Shown in pieces: positions 38,398 through 51,253 of a stretch of DNA of 64,000 nucleotides; within the stretch, counting starts at the first letter, position 1, and the number at the start of each line of letters is the position of its first letter. The notes under the pieces are model-generated. The model was not told where the DNA came from. It did no database searches and worked only from the letters and a program-made list of their open reading frames with translations. Both the position numbers and the translations under genes were made by a program. The stretch is from Octopus sinensis (lineage: Eukaryota). The DNA lies in assembly GCF_006345805.1 (NCBI RefSeq), contig NC_043002.1, positions 69,502,001-69,566,000 of the forward strand, read 5' to 3'.

Positions 38398-38933
38398 AAT
38401 AGACGGCAAACGAGGCGCTACCTGCTAGAACTAAATCCTCAGGTAAACCACCGAATAACACTGAAATACACAACGGATCAACAGAAATCGGGCAAGGGAG
38501 TAAGGATTATCAAGAATCATTATAGGACAAAGCCGTAGAATGAAGAATCGGATATATTTGGATCGTGATTTCGAGTTCTGGATAGTGCCTTAATTCTTCT
38601 CAGCAAGCATTACCGTATGAGAAAAGCGAACTCACAGAAGCCGTTGTGAATTTGTGCGGGGCAGTTCATAACACCGCGGATACCAACGAGGTGAGTTCGT
38701 TTTTCTCATACGGTAATGCTTGCTGAGGAGAGTTAAAGCATTAGCCAGGCCTCGAAATCATGATCCAAGTATATCCGGTTCTTCATTCTGCAGCTTTGTT
38801 CTCTGATGATTCTTGATACTGCTTACTCCTTTGCCCGATTTCTGTTGAACCGTTGTGTACTTCAGAGTAATTCGATGGTTTACTTGTTTAAGTTCCTCTT
38901 TCGAGTAGGTTGGCGCTTCGTGTGCGCTCTATT
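38398..38933 (+). ncRNA. Long imperfect inverted repeat; candidate hairpin RNA locus
   Basis: 38461-38635 pairs without gaps to 38691-38865 (154/175 Watson-Crick, plus 12 G-U on the + strand), 55-nt loop; arms extend with gaps to about 38398 and 38933. The inverted repeat is certain; transcription is inferred. Confidence 0.55.
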
Positions 38934-39237
38934 AAAAAAGTAACTACGTGTGGAAGTGTACGGGGAAAGTAAGAAGAAAAATAAGCGAAAATGCACATTG
39001 GAAAACAAAAAAGTAAAGGCTTCTTATGAAAAGTACCGGTAGATATACACAATTAGATGAACTGAGGTAGCAATAAACGTAAGAAAAACCATTATTGTGA
39101 ATTGTTAGAGAGATTTAAAAGCATACCGGTTTCGTAAATTTACTAATTATTGTTTTGAACGATAAGTATAAGTATATTTATACATACATATATATATATA
39201 TAAACTTATACACACACATATAAATATAAATATATAG

Positions 39238-39605
39238 GCGTAGGAGTGGCTGTGTAGTAACTAGCTTGCTTACCAGCCACATGTTTCCGGGTTCAGTCCC
39301 ACTGCGTGGCACCTTGGGCAAGTGTCTTCTACTATAGCCTCGGGCCGACCAAAGTCTTTTGAGTGGATTTGGTAGACGGAAACTGAAAGAAGTCTGTCGT
39401 ATATATGTATATGTGTATGTTTGTGTGTCTGTGTTTGTCCCCCCAATGTTGGTATGTTTACATCCCTGTAACTTAGCGGTTCGGCAAAAGAGACCGATAG
39501 AATAAGTACTAGGCTTACAAAGAATAAGTCCTGGCGTCGATTTGCTCGACTAAAGGCAGTGTTCCAACATGGCCGCAGTCAAATGACTGAAACAAGTAAA
39601 AGAGT
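39238..39605 (+). mobile_element. SINE-B, full length
   Basis: As above. Confidence 0.9.
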
Positions 39606-39790
39606 TACCGCGTGTGTACCGTTGGCGATTTTTTTCCTCCGTCTTCCCTTCTTTGGATCTTTCCTTTTCCTATGTTTCTGACGAAGATCTCCGCTCGAAA
39701 CGTTAGACCCTCCTTCTTTCCTTCCTTCCTGAGCGTCCAATAATACTATATTTGTTCCACGTCCTCGCGTTGTTGTGTTTTCTCTTTGTG
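39606..39790 (+). mobile_element. Penelope-like element terminal fragment with hammerhead-like core
   Basis: ctgacga..cgaaacgtta motif typical of PLE termini. Confidence 0.45.
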
Positions 39791-39805
39791 TTTTCATGTT
39801 TGGAT

Positions 39806-39854
<49 letters not shown>

Positions 39855-40261
39855 CATCCTACAACATTCTCAAAGATTCTATGAACTCCGCCACTACCAC
39901 CACCACCACCACCACCACCACCACCAACACCACCACCACCACCACCACCACCACCACCACCACCACCACCACCACCACCACCACCACCATCACCACCACC
40001 ACCACTACCATCACAGTCCCTTTAGTCTTTCTCTATCTTCCTCTTTCTCTTTACCGGTCTCTACCTTTCTCTTTCTTTTTTTCTGTCTAATTGTCTCTCT
40101 GTCGTCTGCCGTATTAAGGTATTGGTACACTGGGCACTTGCTGGGAGACCTCGTGCGCCTAGGGGCCCATTTGTGATCTATATATGCTGTGACTTGCTAC
40201 CAATAAATACGATAGGACCCAGTGGATTATTTTGCCTGGGGGCCTATAATGGTACTAATAG

Positions 40262-40311
<50 letters not shown>

Positions 40312-40470
40312 TATTATATATGTTTGTATGTATGTATGTATGTATGTATGTATGTATGTATGTGTGTGTGTGTGTGTATGTATGTATGTCATTATTCAGT
40401 TTATTTGAAGATTTCTTGCCAAGGTTCCTTCATTGGAAGTTCAACATCAACAACAGGGTGTGTATGTATA

Positions 40471-40506
<36 letters not shown>

Positions 40507-40538
40507 TGTATGTATGTATGTATGTATGTATGTATGTA

Positions 40539-40586
<48 letters not shown>

Positions 40587-41164
40587 GAAGCAACGGAACG
40601 GACACATAAAGGTTTGATGATATGAAATCCCACCATTAGAAAATCACGGTGAAGCTCCAGCATGATCCCACCACATGGCTGAAACGAATAAATAGATATA
40701 AGAACTGAAGAATATATATATATATAACTGAAAGAAGCCCGTCGTATATATATATATATATATATATACGACGGGCTTCTTTCAGTTTCCGTCTTCCAAA
40801 TCCACTCACAAGGCTTTGGTTGGCTCGAGGCTATAGTAGAAGACACTCGACAAGGTGTTACGCAGTGGGACTGAACCCGGAAACATGTGGTTGTTAAGCA
40901 AGATTCTTACCACACACACACACACACACACCACACACACACACACACCACACACACACATATCAGTCGAATAAAGTTAAAACAGTCTTGTTTTAGCGTC
41001 TTTTATTGTGGTATTTTAACAAAATTAGCGCTTTCATACATTGTGTATGAAAGTGCTAATTTTGTTAACATACCTATTTATTTTCCTATATACATTCACA
41101 CAAATTCGAAACAATACACACACACACACACACACATATATACACACATATACCCTTATACACA

Positions 41165-41844
41165 CACACACACACATATATATATATACGCACACTCTCC
41201 CGCACACATGCACACTCATACAAACATTGCACATTCACGAGCGGAGACACCAACACATACATATAAGCTAGATTCTATTTTTCTTTGTTCTTTACTAGGT
41301 TAAAAAACAACAAAAACAAAAAGAGTGAAAGAAACACAAAATTTCCCCAATTTCTTTTTTTTTATTTTCACTAGGCGAGAGGAAAACATTAGCAAATATT
41401 AGATGCTAGTACTTTTCCGTATCTATTCTGCTAGCATCCTTTACGTACGCGCGAACGCGCGTAAATATGAACATAGAGACACAGACACAAACACATGGAC
41501 ACACCACACACACACACATATATATATACGCACACTCTCCCGCACACATGCACACTCATACAAACATTGCACATTCACGAGCGGAGACACCAACACATAC
41601 ATATAAGCTAGATTCTATTTTTCTTTGTTCTTTACTAGGTTAAAAAACAACAAAAACAAAAAGAGTGAAAGAAACACAAAATTTCCCCAATTTCTTTTTT
41701 TTTATTTTCACTAGGCGAGAGGAAAACATTAGCAAATATTAGATGCTAGTACTTTTCCGTATCTATTCTGCTAGCATCCTTTACGTACGCGCGAACGCGC
41801 GTAAATATGAACATAGAGACACAGACACAAACACATGGACACAC
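41165..41844. repeat. 340-bp tandem duplication
   Basis: Identical blocks at offset 340 (e.g. 41401 and 41741), bounded by (CA)n. Confidence 0.9.
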
Positions 41845-41907
41845 ACACACACACACACACAACACACTGTGCGTGTGTTTCGGCGTATGTGTGTATATAT
41901 ATATAAA

Positions 41908-41948
<41 letters not shown>

Positions 41949-41964
41949 TCTTTTACTCTTTACT

Positions 41965-42305
41965 CTTTTACTTGTTTCAGTCATTTGACTGCGGCCATGC
42001 TGGAGCATCGCCTTTAGTCGAGCAAATCGAACCCAGGACTTATTCTTTGTAAGCCTAGTACTTATTCTATCGGTCTCTTTTGCTTAACCGCTATGTTACG
42101 GGGACGTAAACACACCAACATCGATTGTCAAGCCATGGTGGGGAAACAAACACAGACACGCAAACATATATACGACAGGCTTCTTTCAGTTTCCATCTAC
42201 CAGATCCACTCACAAGGCTTTGGTCGGCCCGAGGCTATAGTACAAGACACTTGCCCAAGGTACCACGCAGTAGGACTGAACCCGGAACCATGTGGTTGGT
42301 AAGCA
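41965..42305 (-). mobile_element. SINE-B
   Basis: As above; a further degenerate copy at 42530-43100. Confidence 0.85.
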
Positions 42306-42444
42306 CTCCTGTAAATAAATGTATTTTAAACAATTACGAGTTTTTGAAATTTAGGTGCATTTTCAACAACACATTTTCCTATATTTTTTCCTGCGTGGAA
42401 ACACCCCACCCCTTTTGTTATATACACACGTATATGTATAAATG

Positions 42445-42486
<42 letters not shown>

Positions 42487-42907
42487 CGTGTATTATGCGC
42501 ATGCATACCTTTCAAATCTTTAGTTTAAGTTTTCAGTCATTAGACTGTGTCCATGCTGGGGCACCTCCTTGCAGAATATTTGTCTAATGAATCTATCCCA
42601 GTAATCAGGCGCAGGAATTTTTCAGGGGCCATAAAGTCAGAAGGGAATACAGTCCCAGGAAAAAAAGGACGTAACATTATTTAGAAGGGCGCACTTCTTA
42701 TCTTGAGGTGGGAACTACCCCTCAGGAACCCCACCCCCTTTGTTCGCCCCTGGTAATTATTAGTTTTTAAGCTTGGTATTTATTCTATCGATATCTTAGC
42801 CGAACCGCTAAGTTGTGGTGACGAAAATGCACCAACACCGGTTGTCAAGCGGTGGTGGGAGGACAAACACCGACATAAAGAAACACACATCTCTCTCTCT
42901 CTCCCTA

Positions 42908-43000
<93 letters not shown>

Positions 43001-43478
43001 GTATGACGGGCTCCTTTTAGTTTCCGTCTACCAGATGAACCCACAAAGCTTTGGGCGGCTTGAGGCTATAGTAGAAAACACTTGCCCAAGGTGTCACATA
43101 CACACACATTTATAAAATGTATGAAAGATTATTTAGGAGATATTTAGTTACATCATACACTGTTGTTTCCATATACGAATGGTTCTTTAAACGAACAAAC
43201 TGAATAGCGAACGGTTTACTTGAAGAAAATTCAACTTGCATATCGAGCTGAAATTTGAACAACATACCACGAGCTGAATTTTGAACAACATGTCAGCTGA
43301 AATTTAAACCACATGTCAGCGCATGCAAGTAGATGGCTTGAAGATGTAGCTTGCAAAATTTTCATATTTCATACAGAAAATAATATTCTCATTCTTTCTG
43401 CTAAGAAAATAACCATGGGTAAACACAAATGGGGATTCTACAATCTCGTCGCATTGACACATAGACATATTCCCATAT

Positions 43479-43700
43479 GTGGGGGCGCAATGGCACAGTG
43501 GTTAGGGCTGCGGTCGTAGGATCGCGGTTTCGATTCCCAGACCGGGTGTTGTGAGTGTTTATTGAGCGAAAACACCTAAAGCTCCACCTAAAGGCTGCGG
43601 CAGGGGGGTGGGTGGAAAACCCTGCTGTACTCTTTCGCTGAAACCTTCTCTGTCTTTCTTCTGTTGGCCTGCACGCCTAGCCAGCGGGGTGGCGTCATTT
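43479..43700 (+). mobile_element. SINE-C
   Basis: Matches the 8598 copy. Confidence 0.8.
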
Positions 43701-44201
43701 GAAGTCGGCAGCAAATGAAAAATGCTGAACTGATCTTTAAAATGCTAAAATCATATACGTAAAATATATAAGGTAGCGAGTGTTTTTTTTTATAGATTTT
43801 GCTACCAATGGCCTAGCATGTATAAAAAGTCAATAGACAACATATTCTCAATATAAAATAGTGTACATTTAAAACAAGAGAAACTATCTTTAACAGGTAG
43901 TTTGTGCATGTATGTTTATGAATATATGTTACAATTTTCTCTATATGATGCTGCTTAATTTCTAAATCAATAATCCGTTTTCTTGATTATTGATGCATAA
44001 AGGAAGTAAATGGAGAAATTAACATACAGACATCAGTTTATTCAAAGATATTCAACTCCATATAATGAAAGTCCTGTCCTACGGCCGTTTCCCTATCCAA
44101 TTAGTTCAATTACAGAAATTGAATTAAATCAATTTAATTTAAATGTTCATATTGAAACTGGTTAAGTCGGTATTTCATCCTGTAAAGGATTATAGGACCT
44201 T

Positions 44202-44246
<45 letters not shown>

Positions 44247-44247
44247 G

Positions 44248-44278
<31 letters not shown>

Positions 44279-44511
44279 TGTATGTATGTGTGTATGCGTG
44301 TGTCTCTGTGTATTTTTATATCTGTATGTACATCCCCCATCCACACGCACATTAATTGTCGTTGTAATGGAATCCCACAATCTAAAGGTGTTAATCATGA
44401 GATAATGAAAACAATCGAAAGTGGAAAATGAAACTGATAATCATGACACGACAAATTACTATTTCAAGTTAATTTTCAAGCAAGTCTCATTAATTCCTTT
44501 CGATATATATA

Positions 44512-44690
44512 CGAGGGGTGCTGAAAAATTCCTGGCTTTAATGGCATCGCGAAAGGCCTGGTTGGATGGCCCAAATCTTCCGAGTTATTTTACAGGGCTT
44601 AGAATAAATGTAATAAGAGTGTGAATCTGAGAGGGGAATATGATGAATAAAATCATAATTAACTGATCCTCCTGTATTTTCTTTTATCCA
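44512..44690. mobile_element. Mariner-type MITE in opposite orientation, cut by a SINE
   Basis: tacgaggggtgctgaaaaattcctggcttt TIR; interior is the reverse complement of the 17381 copy. Confidence 0.7.
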
Positions 44691-45125
44691 GGAGTGGCTG
44701 TGTGGCAAGTAGTAGTAGGCGTAGGTTATGTGGTAAGTAGCTTGCTTACGAACCACATGGTTCCGGGTTCAGTCCCACTGCGTGACAGCTTGGGCAAGTG
44801 TCTTCTACTATAGCCTCAGGCCGACCAAAGCCTTGCGAGTGGATTTGGTAGACTGAAGCTGAAAGAAGCCCGTCGTATATCTGTATATATATATATATGT
44901 ATGTGTGTGTATATATTTGTGTGTCAGTGTTTGTCCCCATCCCCACAACATCGCTTGACAACCTATGCAGGTGTGTTTACGTCCCCGTAAGTTTGCGGTT
45001 CTGCAAAAGTGACCGATAGAATAAGTGCTAGGCTTACAAAGAATAAGTCTTGGGTTCGATTTGCTCGACTAAAGGCGGTGCTCCAACATGGCCACAGTCA
45101 AATGACTGAAACAAGTAAAAGAGTG
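44690..45125 (+). mobile_element. SINE-B, full length
   Basis: As above; further partial copies near 14690, 17990, 18915, 20150, 40770, 45370, 51000, 56585, 61060 and 61720. Confidence 0.85.
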
Positions 45126-45824
45126 TAAATGTGTCTAAGGCTGCAAGCTGGCAGAATCGTTAGCACTCTGGGCAAAATGCTTAGCGATATTTTGTCTGTC
45201 TTTCCGCTCTGAGTTCAAATAACGCCGAGGGCGACTTTGACTTTGATTCTTTCGGGGTCGATAGAACAAGTACCAGTTGAGTACTGGGATCGATGTAATC
45301 GACTTACTCCTCTCTTGAACTTGCTAACCGTGTGCCAAAATTTGAAGAGTGTGTATGTGTGTGTGTGTATCCTTTATCCTTAACTTGCGTCAGTCAATGG
45401 ACTAGTGCCATGCTTGAATACCACCTTGAAGGGTTTTATCCGAATGAATCAACTCCAGTACTAATTGCTTATAATTCTGGTTCCTATTTCATTGGGCCCT
45501 TTTGCCTGATCGTTAAGTTATGAGGATATAAATTAACGCCGGTTATGAAACAGTAGTGGAGAACATAGACAAACACACACACACACATTCAAATACACAC
45601 ACACAAACACACGCACGCACGACGGGCTTCTCTCAGTTTCCGTGTGCCAAATCTACTCACAAGGCTTTGTTGGGCCCGGGTCTATACTAGAAGCCATGCG
45701 GAGGTACTAGAACCGGAACCATTTAGTTGGGAAGCAAACCTCTTATTATATAGCCGCACCTGCGCCTCTTCCTACATGAATTATAAATTTATATGAAATT
45801 AGTCGGAATTTAACTTCTATTATG

Positions 45825-46680
45825 CGGCGAGCTGGCATGCTTAGCAGTATTTCGTCTGCCGCTACGTTCTGAGTTCAAATTCCGCTGAGGTCGGCTTTGT
45901 CTTTCATTCTTTCGGGGTCGATTAAATAAGTACCAGTTATGCACTGGAGTCGATGTAGTCGACTTAATCCGTTTGTCTGTCCTTGTTTGTCCTCTCTGTG
46001 TTTAGCCCCTTGCGGGTAGTAAAGAAATAGGTATTTCATCCGTCTTTATGTTCTGAGTTCAAATTCCTCCGAGGTCAACTTTGCTTTTCATCCTCTCGGG
46101 GACGATATAAGAAGAACCAGTTGAGCGCTGGGGTCGATGTAATCGACTGGAGCCCTCCACGAAAGAGCTGAGTTTGTGCCAGAATTTGAAACCGATATCA
46201 TTAACTTTTATTAGCCGGTGAACAGGCAGAATCGCTAGAACACCGGACAAAATGCTTAGCACCATTTCCGTCTCTCCTTTGAGTTCAGATTCCGCCAAGG
46301 TCGACTTTGCCTTTGATCCTTTTGCAGTCGGCAAAATAAGTACTAGTTGAGCGCAGGGGTCGATCAAATCGACTTATCCACTCCACCGAAACAGCTGGAC
46401 TTGTGCTAAAATTTGAAATCGCTATTATTAACCCTTTATTAGTTTGTGAGCCGGCGCAATCGTTAGCATAGCGGACAAAATATTTTGCGGCATTTCTTCT
46501 GGTATTACGTTCTGAGTTTAAAATTCCACTGTGGTTGACCTTAACTTTCATCTTTTGTGGGGAGTGGGGTGTCAATTAAATAAGTACCTGTTGAGCACAG
46601 GAGTCGATGTAGTCGACTGCCCACCCATACCATACCCACAATTTCATACCCACAATTTCAAGCCTTGTGCCTACTGCAGA
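45825..46680 (+). mobile_element. SINE-A cluster (four or more units)
   Basis: Repeated core; a further copy at 45140-45350. Confidence 0.8.
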
Positions 46681-47107
46681 AAGAGAAACATTTATAGCTT
46701 TACAAATTTGGTTATTATTTTACTATCAAAGTTTAGTTTTCATAAATCAATACTTACACTACAGTTACGTAAATGACAATCATATATTTTATTATCTCTG
46801 ATTATTACAAGATAATTTAAAGAACAACTAGATAAACAGAGACACTTCATAAAGATTACAAGATAATTACATTTCAACAGCCTGTTCTGCGTAACTCTTG
46901 CAGCTCTTGATCTTGAGACCAGATAAGCAGTGATCAGACGTTACACATACGCACGCAAGTAGTGATCAGACGTTACACATGCGCAAGACATAGAAAGAGG
47001 TTGAAACGAAACGATATTTATTACTAATTTCAGAATTTTAATACAAAATCCTGTTGTTATAGAGTCATGAAACCTTAGCTAACTGTGGTGCAAATGCATG
47101 TATTTTA

Positions 47108-47111
47108 TTGA

Positions 47112-47205
<94 letters not shown>

Positions 47206-47234
47206 ACGTCTATCTGAATATCTATCTATCTGTT

Positions 47235-47305
<71 letters not shown>

Positions 47306-47330
47306 ATATCTATCTATCTATCTATCTGTT

Positions 47331-47379
<49 letters not shown>

Positions 47380-47422
47380 ATCTATCTGTCTGTCTGTCTG
47401 TCTGTCTGACTGTCTGACTGAC

Positions 47423-47466
<44 letters not shown>

Positions 47467-47525
47467 AGTCTGTCTGTCTGACTGCCTGCCTGTCTATTTA
47501 TCTGCCTACATGTCTGTCTGCCGGT
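47108..47525. repeat. (CTAT)n/(CTGT)n microsatellite
   Basis: Visible repeat. Confidence 0.95.
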
Positions 47526-48154
47526 TTGTTTGTTTGACACTGTGTCTACTAACTTACACATATGGGTAACCAGTGTTGCATTGGTTAGCTGGGATCTGTA
47601 TTATTTGGCTTGGATGCCCGTTGCTCTCGTATGGTGGTGCATACATAATACGGAACAACAGGCAGTTCGTATAAAACCATTCACCATATTTATTCACGGA
47701 TAGATGTTATAATAGTTGCTTAATATAAGCCGTTATGCCTAATACCAGTAGATAGTGTATGAGAGGAGAAATTCTTTGACTTGGTGAGAGGAGAAAATGT
47801 ATACTAGGGGAGAGTTCTTTTAACACGAAGTCAGAATAGTATTACTTCCGGCAGACCACAAAAACTTCTGCCATCATCTGCCATCCTCTGTGAGTGTGCT
47901 TTCTCCTTTGTTTTGTATTTCTCGCACATCCCAATTTATAATCATGGTTTGGTGCTAGCTGCTTGGAATTTTCCATTACTCTTACAAATGCTTCCATACA
48001 AATGCTCCAGGGCAACGATTGACTGAAATATCGGTTAAGATCAGTTGATTAAGACCAGCATTACCAAATATGGAAACTGGTATTTGCATCGATTTACACC
48101 GTTTTGACTGTTAGCAGTAATTACATTTTTTTCTTGAGTCATAGGATTCTTAAG

Positions 48155-48330
48155 TGGAGGCGCGTGGCTTAGTGGTTAAAGTGTTGGACTCATGATCGTA
48201 AGATTGTGGTGACGCGTTGTGTTCTTGAGCAAAACACTTCATTTCACGTTATTCCAGTTTACTCAGCTGGCAAAAATGAGTAATCATGTCCAGGTGGGGA
48301 AATTATGCGCCATTGAAACCGGGAACCCGG
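48155..48330 (+). mobile_element. tRNA-derived SINE family D
   Basis: ggaggcgcgtggcttagtggtta..ttgtgttcttgagcaa..ccagtttactcagctg; reverse copy within 13915-14175. Confidence 0.65.
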
Positions 48331-49130
48331 CCCTCATGAGCCTGGCATGGCTCGAGAAGGAAACGTATAGACTTAGGATTCTTAAGGCTGGTTTTGCTGG
48401 TTTCCGTGGTGTATAATTGATCGGCATCACAACAGCCGCCCTGAACGGGAATCTGGCCCACTGCAGATGAGGGGAAGAGACAAGTCGATTACATCGACTC
48501 AGTTCTTGAGTGGTACTTCATTTTATCGACAGCAAAGGGATGAAAGGTCATGTTGACCTCCGCCGGTTCTGAACTCAGAGAGTAAAGAGCTGGAAGTAAT
48601 GTCACTCAGAATTTTGTCGGACGGGCTAACGAGTTTGCCAGCTCACCGCCTAAAGCATTTACATTGCTAACATTCATTCCCAGCATGTAAACACGTACAG
48701 GCAGTGGAAGGACCAAGTGAACGAACCCGTGATTTGGGACCGCGATCACTTTTCAGCTCATGCAACAATTAACATTTTTTTGTTTCTTAATTGTTGATTG
48801 TTGAATGATAAGCCATTTTTAATTTACATACCAGCTCGTTATCTGTTTTTAATATTTTTGTTTCAAATTTAATTTCGTTCTGTAATGACTCTATAACATT
48901 CATAAGTAACAAAAATTGATTTCATGTCACATGAAATTCGATAATGTCGACGAGACTTATCTGGAATATTTTAATATCATATGTAAAGGAATCTTTCTGA
49001 ACTCATCTGATAAATAACATTGACCAATTGAGTAAAATTTGTCACCTCTCTCAGAAAAACAAACAAGCAAAAGCCTTCGTTTTAAGATACACACAAACAC
49101 AAACACAGACACACACACACACGCACGCAT

Positions 49131-49165
<35 letters not shown>

Positions 49166-49699
49166 CATACATACAGTTAACTGAACACGATGAATGCAAG
49201 CAAGTCCCGCTTTAGGGTTGCTGGTAACTGAATTTCGGCATCTTTATTAGTATACTTTTTCAAAATTCTCTCAAAAGTGTAAAAATTGCAAATGCGGTGA
49301 AAAGAGTACTTTATTTATAAATTTCATTTATTCAAAATCTTCTCATTTTGAAGATCCTAAACATATGATGTGCATCATGGAAGCATGAGACACCCAAGTT
49401 TCCGGTGCCATCAACTGCTCCTGGGGGCAGGGGTTGTATATGAGCAAAAATTGCTGCCTTATTGAACTAATTTCTGTGTTTAATATATCACGTGTATTCT
49501 GTGGGTGGTAAGATAATTTGGTTAAATTATTTGGATTGGCTGAGGTCAGACATCGAGATAGACAAAAAATAAAGTCGTTAGAAAGGAAAAAGGAAAAGTG
49601 AAACGTATAGCAAAAATATCCGATACCTTAGTTTCAGTTACTTGATAAACAATAGATGCATTAGTTATCTGAGAGGCACAATAGTTATTTGATACAAAG

Positions 49700-50280
49700 G
49701 CGGCGATCTGGCAGAAACGTTAGCACGCCGGGCGAAATGCGTAGCCGTATTTCGTCTGCCGTTACGTTCTGAGTTCAAATTCCGCCGAGGTCGGCTTTGC
49801 CTTTCATCCTTTCGGGGTCGATAAATCAAGTACCAGTTACGCACTGGGGTCAATTTAATCGACTTAATTCGTTTGTCTGTCCTTGTTTATCCCCTCTGTG
49901 TGTAGCCCCTTGTGGGTAATAAAAAGAAACGTATTTCGTCTGCCGTTACGTTCTGAGTTCAAATTCCGCCGAGGTCGAATTTGCCTTTCATCCTTTCGGG
50001 GCCGATAAATTAAGAACCAGTTACGCACTGGGGTCGATGTAATCGGCTTAATCTGTTTGTCTGTCCTTGTTTGTTCCCTCTGTGTTTCTCTCCTTGTGGG
50101 TAGTAAAGAAATAGGTATTTCGCCTGTCTTTACCTTCTGAGTTCAAAGTCCGCCGAGGTCGACTTTGCCTTTCATCCTTTCGAGGTCGATAAATTAAGTA
50201 CCAATTGCGTACTGGGGTCGATCTAATCGACTGGCTACCTCCCCCAAAATTTCGGGCTTTATGCCTAGAGTAGAAAAGAA
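49700..50280 (+). mobile_element. SINE-A trimer
   Basis: gtatttcg at 49747, 49931 and 50115 (184-bp period). Confidence 0.9.
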
Positions 50281-51167
50281 TAGTTACTTAATACATTATA
50301 TATATGGATATACATATCTTTTTCTTTAGGTTCAAAGCACCATATTCTTTCTATAGGCATGTAACTGTAAATAGCTGAAATTTACTTAATTAGTGATTTG
50401 TTATTAGAATAAATCCTTGTGGCAAAGTCAGTACTAATATCTGAATGTTTAATTTAATTTTCTTTTATTTTTTATTGCAAGTCTTCCTGTGCGAATTAAA
50501 ATCTGGTTTAAATGAAAGCCACCCCCCCCCCCCGCCAACAAACGAACTAGTTTTACGAAAAAGTAATGGCTTGTCAAGTCTGAAACAAAATGGCTGGGAA
50601 ACGTCTGAAAAGAGGGGAAATAAAACAGAAAGTAAAAAAAGGTGGGCATATGTAAGTCTGTTTATAGTTTTATGAGTCCAGCATTTCCTGTGGTATGTCA
50701 GACATTCAAGGTCATTCTCATTCAATGATTCGGTGTAGCACTAGATTTGTTTGACCTCCACCAATGTTATTTTATGAAGACATAATATTTTGCATGTTTT
50801 AGTACGTGAATCCTGTTCTTACTTGTCTTATATAGTGAAATATATATTTTCCAGTTATATTACCAATAATAACAATAAAAATAAAGCGCTTATATTTTAG
50901 TGACGAAGAACAGAGATTTTTTCAAACGATATTTTGCTTTCAATGTTTACAATATTTTGTATGTTTAATGTTTTAATGCAGATTTGTTTCGAAGCACAGG
51001 CATGACTGGTTAAGAATATCGCTTAGCAGCCACGTGGTCTCAGGTTCAGTATTCGTGCGCGGCACCTTGGGCAAGTACCTTCCACTACTATAGCCCCTGG
51101 TTCACCAAAGCCTTGTGAATGACTTTGAATGGCTTTGGTAGACGGAGAATGAAGGAAATTCGTCGTA

Positions 51168-51201
<34 letters not shown>

Positions 51202-51212
51202 CATGCATGTCT

Positions 51213-51253
<41 letters not shown>

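Larger units (their letters stand above)
37407..40109. repeat. Direct repeat pair 37407-37550 and 39849-40109; the second copy has an expanded (CAC)n
   Basis: Shared aaactgcatcctacaacattctc..taccggtctctacctttctc..ctgtcgtctgc. Confidence 0.85.

Noticed and set aside
38461-38865. Hairpin arms as inverted coding exons
   Set aside because: The frames I translated in both arms hit stops within about 35 codons and showed no recognisable protein
46920-46985. Short direct repeat agtgatcagacgttacacat x2 (similar local duplications near 16120 and 17155)
   Set aside because: Two-copy local slippage with no further structure
49700-50280. Regularly spaced repeats resembling a CRISPR array
   Set aside because: Whole 184-bp SINE units without unique spacers; eukaryotic context and no cas genes
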